A stretch of 63,523 nt of DNA, counting the filler, from Octopus bimaculoides (Eukaryota), in NCBI RefSeq assembly GCF_001194135.2. It is 4 parts of 4 records of this genome, joined end to end, with 100 filler letters (N's around TTAATTAATTAA, not from the genome) between each part and the next. Parts side by side here need not be neighbours in the genome. Positions count along the whole stretch, not along the records: positions 1 to 31,469 come from NC_068986.1; 3 more parts are not named here. The stretch is one strand, 5' to 3'. The notes under the pieces are model-generated. The model was not told the origin of the DNA and did no database searches. It saw only the letters and a list, made by a program, of their open reading frames with translations. The position numbers and the translations under genes are program-made. Numbering within the stretch: the stretch's first letter is position 1; each line of letters starts with the position of its first letter. Below are positions 1-9,593 of the stretch, piece after piece.

Positions 1-22
1 GCACACACACACACAAGCAGCC

Positions 23-410
23 TTGAGATCTATTCCTACGAGCAGCAGTGATGGAGTTGATGGCCTGCAACCCGGCCGCCTTAAAGATTTAACCTCACCA
101 TACCCCACGGAGGCCGATGCACGCTTGCTCCGATCTATCACTGTTCTGACAAACTTCTTGACGCAGACCTCTCCTGCCACGTCCAATATCTTTTCTTCTC
201 AGCTAACCTGACTGCGTTGAAGAAGGACGGTCGCATCCGTCTGATAGACGTAGGCAACGCCTTTCAACGACTTGCGGCCAGGTTAGCATTTAGATCAGTC
301 AGAGATGACCTAAGCGAGACTCTTTGCCCCATCCGCTAAGGATGGTAGTCAAGTGTAGATGGGAAGTTGCTTCCCACGTTATCAGACACTCCATACACCA
401 TACGCTTCCC
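23..410 (+). mobile_element. Decayed non-LTR retrotransposon RT fragment, CRE-clade-like (pseudogenised)
   Basis: Stitching frames gives SSDGVDGLQPGRLKDLT...QYLFFSANLTALKKDGRIRLIDVGNAFQRLAARL...VKCRWEVASHVIRH. This resembles the GxDGLxPxHLKDL / FFGAxLxALxKKDGGIRPIAVG / GGCEAAVH pattern of CRE-type RT. Frameshifts and stops present; ends at a (CA)n tract. Confidence 0.7.
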
Positions 411-452
411 TCGTCACTTGCCTCCTGCAGAAAGTTTTCAGCACCTCTTCGT

Positions 453-500
<48 letters not shown>

Positions 501-584
501 ATGCACAGTAACATATGCATACACACTGACACACATAAATATTTCGGACTAATCACTGACTAATCACTGACTTGAAGGATGGTA

Positions 585-790
585 TTGGTTTCAAAGTTTG
601 GCACAATACCAGCAAAGTTTTGGGGAAGGGAGTAAGTCAATTACATCGAGTCCAGTACTCATCTGGCAATTATTTTATCGACCCCCGAAACGATGAAAAA
701 CAAAGTCGACTCTAGCAGAATTTGAACTTGGGACGTAAAGACGGACGAAATACCGCTCAGTATTTTGCTCGGCGTGCTAACGATTCTGCC
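585..790 (-). mobile_element. tRNA-derived SINE, family B (Nin-domain-like)
   Basis: Reverse complement of the head ggcagaatcgttagcacgccg...gagttcaaatt and the core gtcgacttt..tttcatc.tttcggggtcgataaaata, both recurring many times in the window. Confidence 0.8.
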
Positions 791-1247
791 TGTTCGCCAC
801 TTTGCCTTGAAGGGTAGTATGAACTTGATGTGATATATGTGCTCTCTCTTATGTGTATCCGGGTCACTTTCATATCCATAACGTGACTGTTCTAAGTTTA
901 TCAGTCACTGGGTATATACTCTTACCGACGCTGCCTGATAACGGGAGTGGTCACAGAAAGAAAGGCTTCTCCCAAAAGAGCTTGAGGTTACACATATTTT
1001 TGTTAATTATTGTATTTGTTCTTTACAGTTTATTTTCTTCATTTTAGACATGTGTCTTAAACCAGAGGAATTTCTAGTTTCTCATTATTAGTTGAGTACT
1101 GTGCTTAGATGAGTTAAGATGTACTATCATGCGGTTTTGTGAGTTTTATTGTCATGTTTGTCTGCCTGTCTGTCTGTGTACACACACCAACACACTCATA
1201 TAGAGGTATATACATATACACATACCACACACACATATACATATATA

Positions 1248-1663
1248 GGCGTAGGAGTGGCTGTGTGGTAAGTAGCCTGCTTACCAACCACATGGTTCCG
1301 GGTTCAGTCCCACTGCGTGGCACTTTGGGCAAGTGTCTTCTACTATAGCCTTGGGCCGACCAAAGCCTTGTGAGTGGATTTGGTAGACGGAAACTGAAAG
1401 AAGCCCGTCGTATATATGTATATATATATATGTATGTATGTGTGTGTATATGTTTGTGTGTCTGTGTTTGTCCCCCCAACATCGCTTGACAACCGATGCT
1501 GGTGTGTTTACGTCCTCGTAACTTAGCGGTTCGGCTAAAGAGACCGATAGAATAAGTACTAGGCTTACAAAGAATAAGTCCTGGGGTCGATTAGTTCGAC
1601 TAAAAGGCGGTGCTCCAGCATGGCCCCAGTCAAATGACTGAAACAAGTAAAAGAGTAAAAGAG
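1248..1663 (+). mobile_element. Composite tRNA-derived SINE, family A (full length)
   Basis: A-box/B-box-like head (tggctgtgtggtaag...gggttcagtccc), CORE-like tgggcaagtgtcttct, internal (TA/TG)n, tail ggcggtgctccagcatggcc.cagtcaaatgactgaaacaag(taaaagag)n. More than 10 copies in the window. Confidence 0.85.
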
Positions 1664-2396
1664 TATATGTAGATACATGTATGTAGATACAAATTTTGGG
1701 CATGAAATATTAACTTAAGTAACAGAGAAAAATGATAATAAAAATGCAAAAGAAAAAAACCGGGTGACAAAATCGGAGAAAAACAGTTTTATAATAGAAC
1801 ACCAAAGAAAACGACAAACTCCAAATGTGAAAGAAAGAAGCACGAAGAAAACCAATCTAAGAATAACAAGAAATCGAAGAGCAATGTATGTAGTAAAGTG
1901 AGTAAAATAATTTTGAGTCCAAAAATATTCATCTTCTGGCCATAAACATATGAAATAATGGCCTTACAATATTGGCATTAACGTTCAGAAATGTAATAGC
2001 GAGTTGCTATCTTCCAATGCTTTTACACTTATCTAAAGTATCGTCAATAAGTTGCGATTCCCCGCCTCAAACCTCAAAAAAGAAGAAAAAAAAATCGATA
2101 CGGACGGAAGTAACTTATATGTATTTATTTATTTTTTCTCAAACTCAGTTGTTCCTTCTTCTTTTCGCATTCTTTCCTTTTTACACTTTTTCATTTATTA
2201 TTATTTTTTTTGTTTCCACCATTCGTTCATTGATTTTTTTAAATTATATTTTTTATTTTATACGTTCAAATATCTTTTCCTTGTACTTTCTGTTGCATTG
2301 CATCTGTACTTATCTCCTTCGCTCGTCTCTAAACAAGTCGTTCTAAAAACAAACTATAAATTTCTGGATATACACCAACTGGTTCATTTATTTATT

Positions 2397-2399
<3 letters not shown>

Positions 2400-2462
<63 letters not shown>

Positions 2463-2760
2463 TGCATCTAGAAATTTTCTTTCCTCAAGACTTGCTGAAT
2501 ATAGTGCTTACCATTTCGTTGGCATTGAGTTTGCCATTATATTTATGAATCATTCACTCAATCACTGACTCACTGGCTGACCGACTGATAGACTGACCGA
2601 CTGACCGACTGACCGACTGACCGACTGACAGACTGACCAACTGACCGATTGACAGACTGATAGACCGACCGATCCACTCACTCACTCCTCTCTCATACCC
2701 TCCCATCGTTTTGTTTGAGTACTTAAGCTTCTTTCTATACATACATACATACATACATAA
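2400..2760. repeat. Compound microsatellites (TTA)n, (GACT/GACC)n, (TACA)n
   Basis: Directly visible tandem arrays. Confidence 0.95.
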
Positions 2761-2804
2761 TGAAAACATATCTTACAAAGGCACCTGTAACAAAACACGT
2801 GTCA

Positions 2805-4080
2805 CGTGTTACAGCCGAATAAAGAAAAGTTGAACCTCACAACTCTCTCTATTTAATAAAACAGTAGCCCACAATGTGTTTGTAGTGCCAGCACTCATAC
2901 CAACATTTGGGTTGCTTGAGTGGACGCTTGATGAGATCCGAGCCATTGATGTGAAAACCTGAAAAATACTAACAAACATACATGATTTCCACATAAACAG
3001 TGACGTAGACAGTCTCTACCTAAAACGAAATCAAGGCGGCAGAGGCTGAGCATCGATCCAAAATGCCTTTGAATGTTGTCTCATATCCCTTCGGGAACAT
3101 CTTTTAACCACTAAGTGTCGAAGTGCATCCCTTGACTAAGTTTGCACACACGAGGCTGATAACATTATGAGACTTGGAAGGCAGCTACTTGAGCAATACT
3201 CTTTGTCTGATAACCTAGAATACATGCCCAAAGAAGTTACACGACCCTACCGTAACGTATCATCAGGTGAAAGGATGAGCCTATATGAGAAGATTATGCA
3301 TGGACATGTTAGCAGAAGGCTCCGAGATGATAGTAACATTGATCATCAAAGTAATCTATCATGGACCAATAGCCGGATTACTACCTCCCACTTTGAAGGG
3401 TATGCGTTTGCAATCCAGGGACAGGAAATATTACCCAAGTACCTGATGCACAAACGGGATGGAGATGCAGAAAATCCAGTAAAATGTGACAACCGATGCA
3501 GACTTTGTGGAGTTAACACCGAAGATATTATCCACATCATAAGCAGTTGTCCGAAAATGTCATCACGGTTTTACCTACCAATGAGACATGATATAGCTAG
3601 GACACTCTATAATGAAATCTGTCGGAAGAATAATCCCGTGGATAAAGAAATAAGAACCCACAATATGCCAAAGCCACTCATAATAAAAAAGAATACTGGT
3701 GGAATGTACCAGTGAAGACCTCAATAAAATGTAAGCACAACAGACCTGATATAATGATTTGGGATAGAGAAGAGAAACTGTGCACAGTTGTGGAAATTCG
3801 GTGCCCAGCGGATGTTAACATAAAGCTGAGGATCAGTGAAAAAGAGAATACTTATGCTGATCTATTGAGAAATCTGGAGTTACTCTGTCCAGATTACAAG
3901 TTCAGGCTTATACCTCTAACCATCGGGGCCCTGGGATATGGAACGCACTGCCTAAATACCAATCTTGAGAAACTAGGCTTCCCAAAACCAGAAAGGAGAA
4001 AACTAATTCGAAGACTACAGATCCAATCCGTTACTGGAACTGTAAAAATCTGTAAAACTTTCCAGGAGTTTATCATTTAA
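2805..4080 (+). mobile_element. 5'-truncated R4/Dong-like non-LTR retrotransposon: RT C-terminus, CCHC knuckle and restriction-like endonuclease (pseudogene)
   Basis: FGLLEWTLDEIRAIDVKT and SDVDSLYLKRNQGGRG (RT thumb region); CRLCGVNTEDIIHIISSC plus MRHD (3167-3715); KHNRPDIMIWD..VVEIRCPAD..EKENTY..IPLTIGALG (PD-(D/E)xK endonuclease, 3712-4080). Several stops and frameshifts. Confidence 0.88.
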
Positions 4081-4297
4081 ATATAGATGAGCATGTCTAG
4101 ATATGCAACCACGTGCATGAGAATACATGCATAATGCAAAACGTAAATATCTGCATACATACATGCATTACCTTATAGGTAAATTTTACAAATATTTTAA
4201 TAATTATATACCTAATTATAACAAGGGATTGGCTATAAACCTCTCCACGTGTTAGAAAAATAGACGCCTAAAGAAAGATAATGAATTAAACTTTTGG

Positions 4298-4991
4298 TTA
4301 ACCGTGTACAAGATCCTGTTTTAAGCTTAAGGTACATTGAATGCAATATACCAGATTAGATGAAGTACAGGAGAAGGAGACCCGGATATGGAGAGTGTGC
4401 TGCTTAGATCCAGCGAGAGAGGTGTGGCATCGGAGTCTGGAGCAGGGGAAGGATCCCGGATGGGGTGTGAGTGAAGAAGGGCAGGGAGCTACTGCACAGT
4501 AAATCACATAGGTTGCGTTTGAAAGAGGGCAAACGTGAGTTGGGGAAAACAGGTAGGACCTAGTAGGAGAGGACAGAAGGCTTCTAGGATCTTCCGACGA
4601 AGGGATAGGGTGGAGGGGTGGAAAAGAGGAGAAAGGGGTTGCAGTTGGGAGACCGTGTGGGGAAGGAGAGAGGGCTGTAGTGCGATCGACTTGCTGGGGA
4701 CAGGTGAGGCTGCTCTGGACAAGAGTGGAGGGGTATCCACGACGCGTCAACAAGAGGGTCAGGTATTGAGTCTGAGTTTCGAAATTCTGTCGCGGCTGCA
4801 CAGATGTCAGAGACAAAGGAATTGAGAATAGGGGATGGCGCCCGTTTGCTGTGGAATGAGGTAAAGTTGATGTAGAGGTAAGAGTCTGTAGGTTTGAAGA
4901 AGGCGGAGGTGGTGAGAAAGTGGTTGAGGAGATCAATATATATGAAACCAAAGCTAGCCTTAATTCTATCCACCAATGCGGTGTTGAGCAT
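4298..4991 (-). mobile_element. Penelope-like element fragment: RT C-terminus and start of GIY-YIG endonuclease
   Basis: FKPTDSYLYINFTSFH, FETQTQYLTLLLTRRGYP and HIRVSFSCTSSNLVYCIQC match PLE thumb/linker motifs and the CxSxNxVYxIxC start of GIY-YIG. Frameshifted. Confidence 0.85.
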
Positions 4992-5043
4992 TCATTCTCA
5001 TCGTTCGACGTTTAAGTATATATATATATATATNNNNNNNNNN

Positions 5044-5192
5044 TTTACCTCATTCCACAGCAAACGGGCGCCATCCCCTATTCTCAATTCCTTTGTCTCT
5101 GACATCTGTGCAGCCGCGACAGAATTTCGAAACTCAGACTCAATACCTGACCCTCTTGTTGACGCGTCGTGGATACCCCTCCACTCTTGTCC
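5044..5192 (+). repeat. Exact 149-bp inverted copy of 4717-4865 (PLE sequence)
   Basis: Base-for-base reverse complement. Begins immediately after a 10-N gap. Confidence 0.95.
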
Positions 5193-5409
5193 ATATATAT
5201 ATATATGACCCACACACATGCGCACAAACAAACAAAAAGAACGCACCTCAGGTAACAGAGTCAACGACTATTGAAAAGGTTGCAGGACGCAACGAAAATT
5301 TTAGGAAAAATAAATGAGTATATGAGTGGAAACTTTACCGGTGTGCTAAATAATAAAGCACTAAAAGAGAATGACTCTCTCTAGACACAATATATATATA
5401 TATATATTC

Positions 5410-5768
5410 TTTTTTATACATTTATTCTTTTACTTGTTCCACCATTTGACTGCGGCCATGCTTGAGCACCGCCTTTAATCGAACAAATCTTATTCCTTGA
5501 AAGCTTAGTACTTATTTTATTGCCGAACTGCTAAATCATGTCAGTTGCCAAGCGATGGTGGGGTGACAAGCACAGACACACGAATGCATACATACATATA
5601 TATACGACGCGCTTCTTTCAATTTCTGTCTACCAAATCCACTCCTAAGGCTTTGGTCAACCCGAGTCTATAATAGAAGACACTTGACTAAGGTGTCATGC
5701 AGTGGGACTGAACCTGGAGCCATGTGGTTGAGAAGCAAGCTTCTTACTACACAGCCATTCCTGCGCAT
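5410..5768 (-). mobile_element. Family A SINE (internally deleted)
   Basis: Reverse complement of the same head and tail as 1248-1663. Confidence 0.8.
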
Positions 5769-5774
5769 ATATAT

Positions 5775-5866
<92 letters not shown>

Positions 5867-5872
5867 ATAAAT

Positions 5873-6203
5873 ATGAGCATGGCTCAGTGGTTAGAGCGTC
5901 GGACTGACAATTATGAGGTAGTGAGTTCGATTTCCGGACCAGGCTGTGTGCTGTGTTCTTGAGCAAAACACTTTATTTCATGTTGCTCCAGTTCCTTCAG
6001 CTGTAGAAGTGAGTTGCGATGTCACTGGAGCTAAGTTGTATCTGGCTTTGTTTTCCCTGGGATAACATCAGTGGCGTAGAGAGGGGAGCCTGGAATGCAT
6101 GGGTGACTGCTGGTCTTCCATAAACAACCTTGCTTGGACTTGTGCCTGGGAGGGTAACTTTCTAGGTGCAATCCCATGGTCATTCATGACCGAAAAGGGG
6201 TCT
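5873..6203 (+). mobile_element. tRNA-derived CORE-type SINE, family C
   Basis: Head catggctcagtggttagagcg...gttcgattt, core cttgagcaa.acactttatttcatgttgctccagtt..ctcagctgtagaa, end ccatggtcattcatgaccgaa. Related copies at 18318 and 56062. Confidence 0.8.
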
Positions 6204-6520
6204 AATATATATGTACAAGGTTAGCGAAATGTCACCTGACAGTAAATCAAAACCATTCAATTCCACGATTTATTTACGTTTAACAACTGAATGAATTTAA
6301 TAAAAGCATCTAAATATGAAAGATCATGAAAATTGTTCAAACTGAAATCCTCGTTGAGTCACACAGTTTTGCATTCGAGTCAATACAGAACTACAGATAG
6401 TATCTATGGAATTTTGATTTACTGTTGGGTGACTTTTGGCCATCCCTTTATATATACTTTTATTCTTTTACACAGACCCNNNNNNNNNNNNNNNNNNNNN
6501 NNNNNNNNNNNNNNNNNNNN

Positions 6521-7222
6521 AAAAACGTCAGAACTGGCGATATCAGCAATGGTGGACTGTAGTCTTATCTAACAAAAGTCGATATTGCATTTCTGTAGCA
6601 GATGGCAGAGCTAGGGTTTGGAGAAGAAGGTGTGAACATCATGCCGCAGGCTGTGTGGTGGAAAGAGACTCATGGGAAGGACTCATGGGAAGGACTCATG
6701 GGAAGGACTCATGGTATGGGGCGGGATTGCACTCAACCAGAAACATGAACCGGTCGTCCTCCAAAACATCGGCCAAGGCCGGGGCAATGGAGTAAACGCT
6801 GCTCGCTACATCGACCAAGAGTTGAGGACTCACATTATGTCATACTTTTCCCATCATCGGAATCACGTGATTCAAACACGGCAACGACTGTGCCCTTACT
6901 ACCAGGTTGACAACAGACTTCCTCCAACAGCGCAACATCCAGACACTGCCATGGCCGTCCCTAAGTCCGGACTTGAACCCCAAAGAGCACCTGTGGGACT
7001 AATTCCAAAGAAGGCTAAAGGACATCCGTTCAAGGCTGACAACTGCAGAACAACTCACTGCAAGTTTTAACAGAGTGTGGGCTGCTACCTCTATGGCTTT
7101 CATCAATCGTCAAACACGTTTCAGAAAATGACGTTTTATCATTAGGAAAGAGCGCTTTCTTAATTAGCATTCTTCAATCAATGTTATAGCAGTCTGTTAA
7201 TAAACCGGTTTCTATTTAGTAT
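6521..7222 (+). mobile_element. Tc1-type DD34E transposase remnant
   Basis: VLSNKSRYCISVADGRARVWRR, LMVWGGI, VNAARYI and QTLPWPSLSPDLNP-EHLWD across frames. Contains a 13-bp unit (gactcatgggaag) at about 3.7 copies, 6667-6714. Confidence 0.85.
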
Positions 7223-7457
7223 GTGTGTGACGTTTCTTTTGTGGTTCAGTTTATATATACACACGTCCTCACCCACACTCATATAAATACACACACACGG
7301 TCACATATACGCATATATCCATACAAATATACTCACACACTCATACGTACATACACAAACACGTACATACAAACAGCTACACTAACGCACTCACACATTT
7401 GTCATATCGCTCCTCACACGCCATCACACACCACACACACACGCACACTCACACGCA

Positions 7458-7488
<31 letters not shown>

Positions 7489-7878
7489 CTACACACAACA
7501 TACACGCCATCACAAACTCATACGCACACGCTCATATGCACATACAAAACACACACGCACACACACACACGCACGTACATATACTTCCACACACACGTAC
7601 GTACATATATTTCCACACACACCACCTCACACACATTCATATGCGCACAAACACATATATACACATACACACATACTCATAAGCACGTGCACGCACACAT
7701 ACGAGAAGGAAGTTGTACGAGTCGTTGAGACTTCCTGGAAGTTGTAGGATGTCATTGAGTTTGTATTTATTGGAGCATCACGTTTAGTGGAGTAATTTGA
7801 AGTACGTCGCGTGAAGACAATTGGGTGTATCCCCGCTTCCTGAAATCAGAGTAGCCAACGTATAAAAGAATATAAAAG

Positions 7879-7891
7879 TGGCGACGAAGAT
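7879..7891 (+). promoter_or_regulatory. Primer-binding site, probably tRNA-Ser(GCU)
   Basis: tggcgacgaagat directly after the 5' LTR matches 12/13 of TGGCGACGAGGAT, the complement of the metazoan tRNA-Ser(GCU) 3' end as I recall it. Confidence 0.65.
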
Positions 7892-9273
7892 ATCCAACGA
7901 GTGTATTCGAATTTTGTTATAATCCAGAAGATATTACTTTTTCTGCATATTTACGAAGACATGTAGAAATTTTCAAAGAAGAATGCAAAAATTGGACGGA
8001 AAATGAAAAGGTGCGGCTACTTTTAAAGAAATTATCCCCTGTCGAACACGAAAAAGACCATTGTTTCGATGAAACAATCAAATTGTTATCAAAGAAAGAA
8101 GAGAGAAGTTCCTTGTTCAATACTCGCTGGGAGTGTTTGAATTTAGTAAAAAGAGATGAGGATTTTGTCACCTATACCGGAATCGTCAATCAAGAATGCG
8201 AAAAATTCAAGCTAGAATAATTAACCCCGGACATATTCAAATGTTTAATTTTTGTTCAAGGGTTAACTGCAAGCAAAGATGCAGAGATACGTGTCCGGAT
8301 ATTGACAAAATTAGAACAGGACCAGAATTTGACTCTGCAGGTAGAAGAAGTGGCATGTAGAGAATTAATCTACGACATGATGCAAATAAAATCGAAGAAA
8401 AGGATTACTCTCGCATACATGCAAAAAAAGAAAAACGAAGATCAAGACCCAATCCATGCTATGGGTGCGGAGGTCTACATATTAAAAATCTGTCCGTTTA
8501 AAAATTAAAAAATGCTTTAACTCTCAAAAAATCGGACATAACTACCAGTTACGTTACCAGACATAAAATCAAAGTCAGAGAACGATAAATTCATTATAAA
8601 AATGAAAGAAGCATTGAAGGCCAAAGAAAATAAAAATATGTGCAACACAGATGCGAACCATTTCTCACTGTGCGACTCTGTGTTGGTATATGCACAAAGA
8701 GTCGTAGTGCCGGCCGCACTACAAAAACGTTTATTAAAGGATTTTCATATTGGTTACCCAGGATTTCGAGAATGTAATCACTTATAAGAAGTTACGTATA
8801 TTGGCTTACAATGGACCGTCACATTGAAGAATCGGTGAAATCCTTGCATCCAAATCACCACCGGTAAAATTCCAACCGTGGCCTAAAAGCCGACAGTCCA
8901 TGGACCAGGCTTCATATAGGTTTTGCTGGACCAGTAAATAGCACGTATTACTTGATAGTAATAGATAGTTGTACTAAGTGGCCCGAAATATGTAGATGCA
9001 GGAAACAAACATCTACGGTAACAATAGAATTTCTTCATGAACTCTTTGCAAGATATGGTGTCCCGGACATCATAGTATCCGATAACGGTACGCAGTTTAC
9101 GGCGTATGAGTTTAAAATTTTTTGCAAAATGTATGCATCTCTATTCCGCCATATCACCCAAGATTAAACGGGCAAGCGGAACAGTTCGTGGATACATTTA
9201 AAAGAGCATTAAATAAATCAAGAAACAAACTGGTCGATGACACAGCATTGACACAATTCATGAGGGTTTATAG

Positions 9274-9593
9274 CATAGGTTCTCAAAGTGGGCGTACCCC
9301 CCCCCCCCNNNNNNNNNNNNNNNCCCAGTGGCCGTTGCAAGGATTCAGGTGGTGCGGGTGTGAGTGGTAAAAAAGGAGGCATTGAGAGGAAGGTAGTGGA
9401 TTGGGGGACGCTATGAATTTATGATATTATAGTATTGTATACAAATTATATAATATATTAAATATCAAATGATTCATAATATATATAAATTAGTAAAATA
9501 TAAAATATTTATTTATACATAAAAATAGGGGTGGAGGTGCTGATGGTATTATGTGGCCATGAGGGGGGGGGGCAAAAAGTTTAAAAACCTCTG
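9274..9593. mobile_element. hAT-type MITE inserted in the Gypsy integrase
   Basis: Ends cataggttctcaaagt / agtttaaaaacctctg. Degenerate 8-bp TSD gtttatag (9266-9273) / gattattg (9594-9601). Removing it restores integrase FMRVYRIIPNPNTCSGKSAAELMF. Confidence 0.8.

Noticed and set aside
5873-5945. tRNA-like sequences at SINE heads
   Set aside because: A/B-box-like motifs continue directly into SINE bodies and no complete cloverleaf is evident; not called as tRNA genes.
7223-7747. Long His/Thr-, Tyr/Ile- and Cys/Val-rich ORFs (also near 15000, 28600, 34200, 37100, 46100, 47600)
   Set aside because: They are translations of (CA)n/(TA)n/(TG)n microsatellites or run through N gaps; no coding evidence.
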